Part shown: one piece after another, positions 44,924-54,426 of the stretch
Layout of the letters: each line of letters begins with the position of its first letter
Numbering within the stretch: position 1 is the stretch's first letter
Source of the DNA: Candidatus Micrarchaeota archaeon
Lineage (GTDB): Archaea; Micrarchaeota; Micrarchaeia; Anstonellales; Bilamarchaeaceae
NCBI GenBank assembly: GCA_037447235.1
Contig: JBBIHC010000004.1
Location: 22,089 to 85,434 of the forward strand
Direction of reading: 5' to 3'
Length of the DNA: 63,346 bases
The notes under the pieces: model-generated
Databases searched by the model: none
Seen by the model: only the letters and a program-made list of their open reading frames with translations
Told to the model about the DNA's origin: nothing
Translations under genes and position numbers: made by a program

Positions 44924-46975
44924 ATGGCCGGGGAGGACATTTCATCATTGGCTCTTTTGTTCAGCGACTTCTTCAAGAGCACCTATGCTGAAAAAATAAA
45001 CGAGCTTCTCATATCATACCCGGAAAGGAAAAGCCTTTTTATCGATTATCGAGAGCTTGAGAGATTTGATCCGGAAACCGCGGACCGCCTGATAAAAGAG
45101 CCGGAGATGGTGATAACTTCTGCCGAGGAGGCATTGAAGGAAAGAAAGCCGGCGTTGCCCGGGCAGATAGAATTCAAGCCGAACGTGCGCTTTTTCAACC
45201 TGCCCTCTGAAGCCAAACTCATAGAGCACCTGACTTCGTCAGAGATAAACCAGTTCGTCGCCTTTAAAGGCGTGATGACAAAAAGAACGGAAGTGATGCA
45301 CAAGGTAAAAAAAGCCACGTACAGGTGCGAATTGTGCGACCACGAGGAGACCTATTTCGTTACCAAGGATTTCAGGCCGCCGAAGAAATGCCAGAACTGC
45401 AGGAAACTTTCGCTCGTGCAGGTGGAAGACAAAAGCGAGTTTGTTGACATACAAAGAGCCGAGGTCCAGGAACTCCTTGAGCGCGTGCGCGGAGGCGCGC
45501 CGGCAGCCCACGTGGAGCTGCTTCTGAAGGACGACCTGGTCAATACGATTGCGCCGGGCGACAATGTAGAGATAGCCGGCATTATGCGCATAAGGCTGAT
45601 AATGAAACCGAGGCAGAAACAGGAGATGATTTACAATCGCTACATAGAGGTAAACTCCATTACAAGCATGAAAAAGGATTTTGAGGAGATAGAGATAACA
45701 AAAGAGGACGAACAGAAAATACTTGAGCTTGCACACAACCCCAAGATAACGGAACATATCCAAAATTCAATAGCTCCGGGGATTTACGGCCACGAAGAGG
45801 TAAAAAAAGCCCTGTCCCTGCAGATTTTTGGCGGCGCTGCCGGAAAGAAAATGAAGGGCGGGGCGCCCATAAGGGACGACATCCACATCCTGCTTATCGG
45901 GGACCCTGGAATCGCAAAGAGCAGGTTCCTTCTAAGTGTTAACGACCTCGCGCCAAAAAGCATATATGTCAGCGGCAAAACCGTCAGCGGCGCTGGCCTT
46001 ACCATATCCGCCGAAAAGGATGAGCTTGGCGAGGGGGGATGGACCCTTAAAGCCGGCGCGGTTGTGCTTGCAAGCGGCGGGATAGTTGAGATAGACGAAT
46101 TCGACAAGATAAACGAAGAAGACAGGGCGGCGCTGCACGAGGCGATGGAGACCCAGACAATATCCGTTGCAAAGGCGGGCATTGTCGCAAAATTCAGATG
46201 CAAGACGGCAATACTCGCGGCCGCAAACCCGAAATACGGGCGCTTTGACCAGACCAAAAACCTGGGGGAGCAGTTTGAGATTCCGCAAACTCTTCTATCG
46301 CGATTTGACCTTATTTTCCCCATAGTGGATGTGCTTGATGAGGAGAAGGACTCCAAACTGGCAGAGCACATACTATCCACGCACAGGGGGGAATTTGAGA
46401 GCGATGAGAAGCTTGGCGTGATAGACAAGGAGCTTTTGAGAAAATACATCTCTTACGCAAGAAAAAATGTCAAGCCCAAGCTGAGCAGGGAAGCGTCTGC
46501 AAGAATAAGGGATTTCTACATCTCGCTCAGGGTGAAAAGCAAGGATTCCGGCGCGGTCGCCATAACGCCGAGATACCTTGAGGGCCTTGTGAGGCTCGCG
46601 GAGGCACACGCAAAAATGCGCCTGAGCGAAACGGTTGACGAGGAGGACGCGGACGTGGCAATCCAGCTTCTTGATTATGTTATGAAGCAGGTTATGGTGG
46701 ACAAGGAGACCGGCCTGCTTGACAGCGATACCCTGGCAACCGGAAAACCGAAATCCGTCCGGGAAAGATTGCAAAAATTTGACAGCGTGATGGACATAAT
46801 AAGGGAGCTCAGCAGGCACGAGGAGATGGTAAAGATAGAGACCATAATTGAAGAGGCAGAAAAAGCAGGCATTGACAGACTTACCGCCGACAGGATAATA
46901 ATGGAGCTTATGCGCAGGGGCGAGATATACGAAAAGGAGCAGGGTTATGTGAAAATAGTCAAAGGCGCCGGTTGA
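44924..46975 (+). CDS. mcm: replicative helicase MCM
   Basis: Zinc finger CELCDHE..CQNC, Walker A GDPGIAKS, Walker B IDEFDK, arginine finger SRFDLIF, winged-helix C-terminus. Start at MAGEDISS. No intein. Confidence 0.95.
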   Translation: MAGEDISSLALLFSDFFKSTYAEKINELLISYPERKSLFIDYRELERFDPETADRLIKEPEMVITSAEEALKERKPALPGQIEFKPNVRFFNLPSEAKLIEHLTSSEINQFVAFKGVMTKRTEVMHKVKKATYRCELCDHEETYFVTKDFRPPKKCQNCRKLSLVQVEDKSEFVDIQRAEVQELLERVRGGAPAAHVELLLKDDLVNTIAPGDNVEIAGIMRIRLIMKPRQKQEMIYNRYIEVNSITSMKKDFEEIEITKEDEQKILELAHNPKITEHIQNSIAPGIYGHEEVKKALSLQIFGGAAGKKMKGGAPIRDDIHILLIGDPGIAKSRFLLSVNDLAPKSIYVSGKTVSGAGLTISAEKDELGEGGWTLKAGAVVLASGGIVEIDEFDKINEEDRAALHEAMETQTISVAKAGIVAKFRCKTAILAAANPKYGRFDQTKNLGEQFEIPQTLLSRFDLIFPIVDVLDEEKDSKLAEHILSTHRGEFESDEKLGVIDKELLRKYISYARKNVKPKLSREASARIRDFYISLRVKSKDSGAVAITPRYLEGLVRLAEAHAKMRLSETVDEEDADVAIQLLDYVMKQVMVDKETGLLDSDTLATGKPKSVRERLQKFDSVMDIIRELSRHEEMVKIETIIEEAEKAGIDRLTADRIIMELMRRGEIYEKEQGYVKIVKGAG

Positions 46976-47005
46976 AAAAAGAGAAAAAAAGCGACGGGGG
47001 GAAAA

Positions 47006-47836
47006 ATGAATCTTGTCATAAAAATCGTTTTGTTTTTTTTAATCGCGCAGCTGATCGGCCTTTATACCGGCGTTGTGGTTTTGAACGACCTGACGCGCAA
47101 CCCGTATGTTGCCCCGTTTATCATTCCAACGGACAAGGCAAGCATGGAAAATGCCCTATGGCTCTTTGCCTACATCGTGCTCGGCGCGGTGATAATGGCG
47201 GTACTAATAAGAAAATTTTTTGAGCACAAAATGTTTTTTGTCCTGCTGGAATATTTTTTGATAGCAGTCTCATCCTCCATAGTGTTTTACTCTTTTCTCC
47301 GGCTGGGTTTTGATTATGGCGTAAGCACGGCTGCAGGCATAATCCTGGCTCTTGCCCTCGCAGCGGTAAAATTCGTTTTTCCCTCTTTTAAAAATCTTGC
47401 AGCAATCCTGGCGACCGGGGGGGTGGGCGCAGTTTTCGGCATATCCTTCTCGCCTTCGGTCATCATAGCTTTCATCATCCTTCTGGCAATATACGACTAT
47501 GTCGCGGTTTTCATAACCCAGCATATGGTGGACTTCGCAAATTTTGTAGTAAAGAGGGATATGGCTTTCACCATAAGCGCGAAGGGCATTGTGGAAGGGA
47601 AAGAGAAGAGAATAGACATAGGAAGCGGCGATTTCACCGTCCCCATAACGCTTGAGGTTGCCCTCCTGTCATTTAACCCGCAGGCGGCGCTGGTTGTTTT
47701 GGCAGGTGCGCTGGCGGCGGTAAGCGTGTTCCTTTATTTCGTGTGGAAAAAGCACATCGTTCTGCCGGCCCTGCCGCCCATTTCTCTTGGCATGTTCGCA
47801 GCGCTTCTGCTCGGCCTATTGACAGGCATATGCTGA
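47006..47836 (+). CDS. presenilin/signal peptide peptidase homolog (GxGD aspartyl intramembrane protease)
   Basis: 276 aa, multi-TM. Has the YD (LAIYDYVAV), GxGD (IGSGDF) and PAL (LPALPPI) motifs. Confidence 0.85.
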   Translation: MNLVIKIVLFFLIAQLIGLYTGVVVLNDLTRNPYVAPFIIPTDKASMENALWLFAYIVLGAVIMAVLIRKFFEHKMFFVLLEYFLIAVSSSIVFYSFLRLGFDYGVSTAAGIILALALAAVKFVFPSFKNLAAILATGGVGAVFGISFSPSVIIAFIILLAIYDYVAVFITQHMVDFANFVVKRDMAFTISAKGIVEGKEKRIDIGSGDFTVPITLEVALLSFNPQAALVVLAGALAAVSVFLYFVWKKHIVLPALPPISLGMFAALLLGLLTGIC

Positions 47837-50575
47837 TCATTCTATTACTATTGCTGGCTTCCACGGAAGGGCGTTTTTTGCCTTTTCGTGTTTTCCTTCG
47901 GCCTCGCGCAATACCTCCACTTTGCAGCCGGTTTCTTTTTCATAGAAGCCGGCAGCCTCCCTGAAAGCGCGATACTCGTTATCTTCCCCTATCGTTTCCG
48001 GTATGTAATGTATGTTCCTGATTATCTGTTTTGCCACGCCCGCAGCTTCGTCCATCTTTTTTGAAAGCATTTCATCCTTCCTTGCGGCTTCCATTATGCG
48101 TTCCATGGTTTTTTGCTCCCTGGCAATTGCATAAAGCCGGTGCTTGCGCTCATTTGCAACATACAGGGTTATCTGTTTTGGCCTGGTGCCCTTCTTTTCG
48201 ACCAGGGCTAGCAGCTTGCCCATATCTTCCAATGTCTGCTTCACGCATTCCTCTGTTTTTTCTGCCAGCTCGTCTATCGCCTGTTCGTCCACTTCTGGGT
48301 ATCTTTCCTGCGCGACAAGAGTGCTCTTTCCAAGCGCGCTCCACCACTCCTCGGCGATATGCGGAATGAATGGTGATATGGCGGGCAGCCATTTCTCAAA
48401 GAAGGCAGAAAGGTTCGGCTTCTCTGTCCTTTTCGCATACCATCTCAGGTCGTTCACAAGATCATAAAACAGCTCCATGGACACGCCGCGAAGGTCAATC
48501 TTTTCATAAAGTTCTACGGCTTTTTTTATCCTTCGGTTAAGCCTTGAAAGCAGCCACATGTCAACTGGCTGCCAATCTTTTCGTTCCTCCCTTCTGTTAA
48601 AAAGCTCGTTCATATAAAGAATCCTTGTCTGGATGCCCTCGGCGACCGCCTTGTTAAAATCGGTGTCATGCAGCAGGTCCGCCCCGCAAACTACCGAGAA
48701 ACGGATTATATCGGAGCCGTACTGTGCTATCGCCTTCCGCAGCGGCAATATGTTGCCCATGCTCTTGCTCATCTTCGCGCCATCCATGAGCACAAAACCA
48801 TTGGTCACTATCTGCTTCGGCCAGAATTCCTTTGGAAATACCGCAACGTGGTTGAATATGAAAAGGACCAGGTGGTTGCGCAAGAGGTCCGCCCCGCTGT
48901 GGCGGGAATCAACCGGATACCAGTAAGCAAAGCTTTCGCGAGCCGGTTTCCAAGCAGACTTTCCTTCCCCCGCGCCCAAAAAAACATAATCAAAGAGCTC
49001 GTCGCCTATTTCGCTTTCAGGCAATTTTTTTAGAAGATGGGAAATTGTATAAAATGCGGTGTAAATTGTGGAGTCTGAAAGCGCCTCTATCATTTTTGAT
49101 TCGTCAAATGGAAACCTGGTGCCCAGCCCTTTCGCCCTGGTGCACGGTTTTGTTTTTAACCATTCCAGGGTAGCAAGCAGCTGCGTCCTCGCCTCTTCCG
49201 GAAGTATGAGCATGTGCTCAAGGCATTCTTTTGCTTTGTTCTTCCATTCAAGCCTGCCGTAATCAATAAACCACTGGTCCTTGAGTATGTTCACCACGAT
49301 TCTCGCACCGCACCTGCAATAAACCGGCGCGTTCGTGATGGTGTAAATGGAAAATGCGCTGCCCCCTGCGATTAACTCTTCCGCGATACGCTCCTTTGCT
49401 TCCTTGACGGCAACGCCGCTATGCCTGCCGGCAACCATAACCCCGTTGTGCGCTTCGCTCTTGTAGAGCTCTTTTGTCGCCTTTTCGGCGTCCGGGTCTT
49501 CCTGGCTTTTGACTCCGAGCCGCTCAACTATCTCCCTCGCGGGATTGCTTCCATAACCCTCGCACCTTATTACCTGGGGCATTGGCATATCCGACCTGCC
49601 GAGATCGCGCAGCGCCAGATAGTCGTAAGGCGCGTGCGCAGGAACGCTCATTACAACGCCGGTGCCGACATCTGCCTTGACAAAACTTGCCGGATAGAGC
49701 GGGACCTGTTCGCCGGTTGCCGGATTCACGGCTTTCAGCCTCAGCAAATCCCCGCCTGGGATGCCCTCTAATATCTCAAGTTCAAGCTGGTTGGACAACG
49801 CATCCGCGGCTTCCTTTGCCATAATGAGTTTCTCTTGTTTATTTCTTACCACCACATAATCTATCGATGGATTTATCCAGATGTTCGTCACTCCGTAAAC
49901 CGTTTCAGGGCGATAGGTCGTTACGACAAAGGCAAACTCTTTCCCGACCGCATTGAACTTTATCGCTGTAACTTTTTCGACTTCCGGGTCAACATCGCCC
50001 TTGGTATCGTGCGCGCTTACTGCCTGCTTGTCATTCGGGCACCAAGCAATCGGGTATTCGCCCCTGACCAGGTAACCCAGTTCCTTGAGTTTCCTGAACT
50101 GCCATTGGATAAACCTGTTAAATTCCTTGTCAAAAGAATAGAACTTCCTTCTCCAGTCAATGCCATACCCCATCTCGCGCATTCCCTGCTCTATCTCTTC
50201 TGAAAAATATTTTACGAGTACGGTCGGCTCGGTGAGCGAAAGCGCTTTTTCTTCCGGAATGCCGTATATGTCCCGGAATATCTTAAGCACCTCGGCGTCT
50301 CGTTCGGCGATTCTCTGCGCCATTGCGATTATCGGCGTGCCGGTAACGTGAAAACCCATTGGAAAAAGAACATTATAACCCCTCAAACGAAGGTATCTGG
50401 CGTATATATCCGTAGTAGCATAGGTCCTTCCGTGGCCGATATGCTGCGGCGAGTTTGGATAGGGAAACGCCGCGGTGATAAGCCTTTTTTCCCTGGATGC
50501 CATTATTTCAGATTCAAAGCACTTCTCTTTTTCCCATATCGTGTTCCATTTGGCGTCTATCTGCTGAAAATTCAT
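47837..50575 (-). CDS. leuS: leucine--tRNA ligase
   Basis: 912 aa. HIGH region PYPNSPQHIGHGRTY and KMSKSMGN. Confidence 0.96.
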   Translation of the reverse strand: MNFQQIDAKWNTIWEKEKCFESEIMASREKRLITAAFPYPNSPQHIGHGRTYATTDIYARYLRLRGYNVLFPMGFHVTGTPIIAMAQRIAERDAEVLKIFRDIYGIPEEKALSLTEPTVLVKYFSEEIEQGMREMGYGIDWRRKFYSFDKEFNRFIQWQFRKLKELGYLVRGEYPIAWCPNDKQAVSAHDTKGDVDPEVEKVTAIKFNAVGKEFAFVVTTYRPETVYGVTNIWINPSIDYVVVRNKQEKLIMAKEAADALSNQLELEILEGIPGGDLLRLKAVNPATGEQVPLYPASFVKADVGTGVVMSVPAHAPYDYLALRDLGRSDMPMPQVIRCEGYGSNPAREIVERLGVKSQEDPDAEKATKELYKSEAHNGVMVAGRHSGVAVKEAKERIAEELIAGGSAFSIYTITNAPVYCRCGARIVVNILKDQWFIDYGRLEWKNKAKECLEHMLILPEEARTQLLATLEWLKTKPCTRAKGLGTRFPFDESKMIEALSDSTIYTAFYTISHLLKKLPESEIGDELFDYVFLGAGEGKSAWKPARESFAYWYPVDSRHSGADLLRNHLVLFIFNHVAVFPKEFWPKQIVTNGFVLMDGAKMSKSMGNILPLRKAIAQYGSDIIRFSVVCGADLLHDTDFNKAVAEGIQTRILYMNELFNRREERKDWQPVDMWLLSRLNRRIKKAVELYEKIDLRGVSMELFYDLVNDLRWYAKRTEKPNLSAFFEKWLPAISPFIPHIAEEWWSALGKSTLVAQERYPEVDEQAIDELAEKTEECVKQTLEDMGKLLALVEKKGTRPKQITLYVANERKHRLYAIAREQKTMERIMEAARKDEMLSKKMDEAAGVAKQIIRNIHYIPETIGEDNEYRAFREAAGFYEKETGCKVEVLREAEGKHEKAKNALPWKPAIVIE

Positions 50576-50629
50576 AGTTATCCTCTTGTTAAGGAATGTT
50601 TTTTAAGATGATTATTCAAATGCAAATCT

Positions 50630-52369
50630 ATGTGCGGGATAATAGGCTACATAGGCCCACAAAAAGCCGCGCAGGTTGTTTTTGAAGGGCTGAAAAGACT
50701 GGAATACCGCGGCTATGACTCTGTCGGGATGGCTGTTTTCGGGGAGCGGATAGAGATAAGAAAGGACAGGGGAACGGTTGAAGAGGTCTCGCGACACCTT
50801 GACTTCACATCGCTTTCTGGAAACATAGGAATAGGGCACAGCCGCTGGGCAACCCATGGGGTTCCGTGCAAGGAAAATGCGCACCCGCACGAGGACTGCA
50901 GCGGCGAAGTCGTGATAGTCCACAACGGGGTTATCGAGAACTACAGGCAGCTGAAAGAAACGCTCATAAAGGCAGGCCATAAGTTCAAGTCCGACACGGA
51001 TACGGAAATAATCGCGCACCTGATTGAGGAAAATCTAAAAACGGGGGAGCCGCTGGAAGCTTTCAAAAAAAGCATAAGCGGACTGGAAGGGTCATATGCA
51101 GTCGCGGCAATAATCACCAGGGCAAGGGACCGGCTTTTCATCGCGAGGAAGGGAAGCCCGCTCATACTCGGGATTGGGAGCGGAGAGATGTTCTGCGCTT
51201 CTGACATTCCGGCAATGCTAAAGCACACAAAGACATTCGTCCCGCTTGAGGATTACGATTACGGTTTCATTGCGCGCCATGGCTATGAAATATTAAACAT
51301 AAAAACTGGCTCAAGGGCAAACAGAAAGCCGATAACGGTGGACTGGGATGTAACGATGGCAGAGAAAGGCGGTTATCCGCATTTTATGCTGAAAGAAATA
51401 AACGACCAGAAGCATTTTGTCTATGATTCGCTCGCCAGCGACATTGAGAACGCAAAAAAGATTATCAACGAATGCCAAAACATTGACATAATAGCGTGCG
51501 GCACTTCCTATCACGCCGGCCTGATATTATCGCTCCTGCTTGACAAAAACGGGAAAAGAAGCAAGGTTTACATAGCGAGCGATTATTCTTTTGTTGGCAC
51601 TCCAAACAGCAAAACGCTTGTCGTGGCAATAACGCAAAGTGGGGAAACCGCTGATGTCCTCCAGGCAGTCAGGCACGCGAAAGAGCGCGGAGCCAGAGTT
51701 CTGGGAATAACAAATACTGTGGGCTCATCCATAACAAGAGAAGCAGACGCTACAGCATTTATCAATGCCGGCGTGGAAATAGGCGTAGCAGCCACGAAAA
51801 CATTCATGGCACAGCTCGTCCTAAGCTACCTGCTTGCCGGAAAAAGAAAAGAATTGCAGGAAGTCCCTTCACTAATAGAACATTCGCTTAAAGAAGAAAA
51901 CGAGATCAGGAAAATCGCCGCGATGCTAAAGGACAAAAAAAACATATTCTTCATAGCGCGGGGCCTGAACGTGCCGCTTGCGTATGAAGCCTCGCTAAAA
52001 TTCAAGGAGATTTCCTACATTCATTCTGAAGCATATCCGGGAGGGGAGCTCAAGCACGGGACGCTCAGCCTGATAGAGAATGGCGTTCCGGTTATAATAT
52101 TTGCCCCGGAAGACAATACCGTAACAAAGATGCTCGGGAACCTGAAGGAAGCCAAGGCGAGGGGCGCATTGATAATAAGCTTTACCGATAATGATGAAAT
52201 CGCAGCCGAAAGCGACTATGTCATTCGTTTAATAACCCCAAAGGAAAAAATGGTTTATCCTTTTACCCTTCTGGTGCCGTTACAGCTTCTAGCTTATCAC
52301 ACGAGCGTGATGAAGGGAAACGATCCTGACAAGCCAAGAAACCTGGCGAAAGCAGTGACTGTGGAATGA
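50630..52369 (+). CDS. glmS: glutamine--fructose-6-phosphate aminotransferase
   Basis: 579 aa. N-terminal MCGIIGY, two SIS domains, C-terminal NLAKAVTVE. Confidence 0.96.
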   Translation: MCGIIGYIGPQKAAQVVFEGLKRLEYRGYDSVGMAVFGERIEIRKDRGTVEEVSRHLDFTSLSGNIGIGHSRWATHGVPCKENAHPHEDCSGEVVIVHNGVIENYRQLKETLIKAGHKFKSDTDTEIIAHLIEENLKTGEPLEAFKKSISGLEGSYAVAAIITRARDRLFIARKGSPLILGIGSGEMFCASDIPAMLKHTKTFVPLEDYDYGFIARHGYEILNIKTGSRANRKPITVDWDVTMAEKGGYPHFMLKEINDQKHFVYDSLASDIENAKKIINECQNIDIIACGTSYHAGLILSLLLDKNGKRSKVYIASDYSFVGTPNSKTLVVAITQSGETADVLQAVRHAKERGARVLGITNTVGSSITREADATAFINAGVEIGVAATKTFMAQLVLSYLLAGKRKELQEVPSLIEHSLKEENEIRKIAAMLKDKKNIFFIARGLNVPLAYEASLKFKEISYIHSEAYPGGELKHGTLSLIENGVPVIIFAPEDNTVTKMLGNLKEAKARGALIISFTDNDEIAAESDYVIRLITPKEKMVYPFTLLVPLQLLAYHTSVMKGNDPDKPRNLAKAVTVE

Positions 52370-52493
52370 GCGTATAGCGGGCATTTGTGGCAGAAAACAG
52401 CGAATTGAAGCTTTTTTTACACAATTTTAGCTATCAATCACGACTTTATAAAGTTAAATTTATAAATTTTATTATATATGTTTAAATACCTCT

Positions 52494-52768
52494 GAGGAAC
52501 TCTGATGAGGGCATTTCGGTTGTCCTGAAAAGGATGCGACCGTAACAGCCTCTGTCAGGCGCTCGGCCATTAATGCGGTGGCTGGACTATAACTCACCGC
52601 ATGAAATCCGTGCCCGATACGCTCGTATTGGCGCGAAGAAGACAACCTTTAAAACGAGCAGATGGGTTAACGCGGCTTGATATGCGAAAAAGCCCGGCCC
52701 AAAGACTGATATCTGCAGTCGTTTAAGGAACTTCTTCACCGAGTCCAGATATATAATCAGAGTTCTTC
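52494..52768 (+). ncRNA. unclassified structured non-coding element (candidate ncRNA; strand uncertain)
   Basis: 13-bp terminal helix GAGGAACTCTGAT (52494-52506) with ATCAGAGTTCTTC (52756-52768). Hairpins at 52509-52525, 52573-52602 and 52704-52720. Loop CTGGACT (52582-88) is complementary to AGTCCAG (52742-48). TATA-like TTTATAAA at 52459-52466. No credible ORF. Confidence 0.4.
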
Positions 52769-52794
52769 TCGTATTATAGATAGATGGTGAAAAT

Positions 52795-52956
52795 ATGGTC
52801 AGAAAGAAGGCTGGAAGAAAAACAGCAAAAAAGATGCTTCCAAAAAAACCAAAAAGCAAGCCAAAAGCCGGGCCGCACGGCAGGCAACCAAGCGGCAAAA
52901 GCAAGCAATCAAAAGTCCAAAAGCTTATAAGACTGGCAACGACCGGCAGGGTCTAA
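52795..52956 (+). CDS. small Lys-rich basic protein (53 aa), function unknown
   Basis: Hand-translated: MVRKKAGRKTAKKMLPKKPKSKPKAGPHGRQPSGKSKQSKVQKLIRLATTGRV. GGTGA lies 8 nt upstream of the ATG. The stop abuts the convergent gene's stop. Confidence 0.45.
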   Translation: MVRKKAGRKTAKKMLPKKPKSKPKAGPHGRQPSGKSKQSKVQKLIRLATTGRV

Positions 52957-52957
52957 A

Positions 52958-53602
52958 TCAGATCAATTCAAGATCTTTGTACCTGTGGATTTGTTTTTTT
53001 ACCCGCAACCACCACAAGTCAATTTCCCTTTCCCTACTCTTCCAGTCAGGATATCGCGTTTCTATTTTCTTCCAAAAACCGCTGCCGTGGTTGCGGATAT
53101 CGCGGTGGGCAAACTCGTGAAATATGATGTAATCTATTAGCGAGTGGGGAAGAAAAACAAGATAGGCGGACAAGCGGATCTCGTCTTTTTTTGCTGAATA
53201 AGTCCCAAGGCGGGAACGCATGCGCCTTATGGCCACAGTTGGCGGCATTGCGGAGTTTTGCTTAAGATAGGCCAACGCATGGGAGAAAAGGTCCTTCCTT
53301 GCCTGTTTTTTTAGTGCTGCAACCCCGTCAGCATAACGCCGCGGTTCCCCGAAATAATAGAACTCCCCTTCTTTGATTGCTGCAAGCGACTCCATATCCC
53401 TCAGCGCCGCAATCTTTCTCTCTATCCATCTTCTTTTTTCCTTAAGCAACCTGCCCACGGTCTGCTTATCCCTGGCAACAACGATTACGGTGTTGCAGGA
53501 CGGGACCTGTATCCTGTTATAGCGCACCCGCCTTATTTTTGCTATTACCGCAACATCGGCAAGATTTTCGCAACATTCTGCCAGCGTCATCTGCATTTCC
53601 AT
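52958..53602 (-). CDS. YgjP-like (DUF45, M48-related) zinc metallohydrolase
   Basis: 214 aa. HEFAHRDIRNHGSGFWKKIE motif (HExxH..H..FW). Confidence 0.85.
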   Translation of the reverse strand: MEMQMTLAECCENLADVAVIAKIRRVRYNRIQVPSCNTVIVVARDKQTVGRLLKEKRRWIERKIAALRDMESLAAIKEGEFYYFGEPRRYADGVAALKKQARKDLFSHALAYLKQNSAMPPTVAIRRMRSRLGTYSAKKDEIRLSAYLVFLPHSLIDYIIFHEFAHRDIRNHGSGFWKKIETRYPDWKSREREIDLWWLRVKKQIHRYKDLELI

Positions 53603-53881
53603 CTAGGCTTTCACCACCCGGTTGGTTTTTTCGTCGTAAAAAGCCATCCCGCCTGTTATCCGGGCGCGATTTACGATTATCTCCTTGCCGCCCGTGCCCT
53701 GGACAATCATCAAACGCTCCTTCCCCCCTCCCTCTGGAATCAGCAGTATGCTGTATTTTCCCTTTACTTCGCTGCCGTCAAGTTTTTTGTAAGCGTATAC
53801 CACCATCCTTCCGGCCGCGACAAATATCCTCGCTTCCTTTTCCCCTTTTGAGGTAGTGGTTATCGTTTCTTCCGGATACAT
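53603..53881 (-). CDS. hypothetical protein
   Basis: 92 aa. No gap to the DUF45 gene and a 22-nt overlap with the upstream phosphoesterase. No family recognised. Confidence 0.6.
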   Translation of the reverse strand: MYPEETITTTSKGEKEARIFVAAGRMVVYAYKKLDGSEVKGKYSILLIPEGGGKERLMIVQGTGGKEIIVNRARITGGMAFYDEKTNRVVKA

Positions 53882-54426
53882 GCTTCAACCTCCTGCCTGA
53901 TTTTTCCATTTTCAAAAAGACGAATGAAAAGGGTTTCGGCCGCCACCTTCATAATGGCAAATGTCTGCGCAGTAGCATCGCTGCTTCCTCCCCACGCCCC
54001 TGTTGCCGTTCCAGGATTTATAAAAAGCGCAACACTGCCGTTGTCTTCCATTTTCGCAACTTCCATCTTGTGCGTATGCCCGTGTATCACGACGTCGGCA
54101 TTTTCCCTTTTTCTTATCTCGTTCAGCTGCGCGATGTCCCCTCTTGGATGAATGCCGCTCCCGTGCAAGAGCAGAACGGTTATCTTTCCAGCCGTGAAGT
54201 TATATTTTTCCGGAAAGTTTAACTCATCCATATTTCCCCTGACGCATTTTACCGGGCCGAATTTTTCAAGCGTTTTAATGACATCTTCGCCCGTGAGGTC
54301 TCCGGTGCAAAGCACTGCGTCAAATTTTTCTTTTTTGCGTTCTTCCCCAACGATGGCGATTATCCATCCTGGGATCTCGCTCGCCCTTTCCGGTATGTGG
54401 AAATCACCGATAACCAGGAATTTCAT
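53860..54426 (-). CDS. MJ0936/YfcE-type metallophosphoesterase
   Basis: MKFLVIGDFH, CTGD, RGNMD and HGHTH motifs. ATGA start/stop overlap with the PUA gene. Confidence 0.9.
   Translation of the reverse strand: MKFLVIGDFHIPERASEIPGWIIAIVGEERKKEKFDAVLCTGDLTGEDVIKTLEKFGPVKCVRGNMDELNFPEKYNFTAGKITVLLLHGSGIHPRGDIAQLNEIRKRENADVVIHGHTHKMEVAKMEDNGSVALFINPGTATGAWGGSSDATAQTFAIMKVAAETLFIRLFENGKIRQEVEACIRKKR

Noticed and set aside
52502-52530. Hammerhead-ribozyme-like CUGAUGA ... GAAA, with a GGGCA/UGUCC stem II candidate.
   Set aside because: An extra U separates stem II from GAAA. No stem III complement (GCAUCC-type) and no UH cleavage-site context can be found. This is probably a chance core match.
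52494-52768. Assignment of the structured element as RNase P RNA.
   Set aside because: CR-I-like and CR-V-like strings are only about 60 nt apart, and the P4-3'-strand-then-P1 order is not met. No GAGGAAAGUCC is present. It is kept as an unclassified RNA candidate rather than called RNase P.
52587-52904. 105-aa minus-strand ORF across the non-coding element and the small Lys-rich ORF.
   Set aside because: It is hydrophobic and low-complexity (the mirror of Lys codons), lacks an SD, and overlaps the better-supported plus-strand small ORF.
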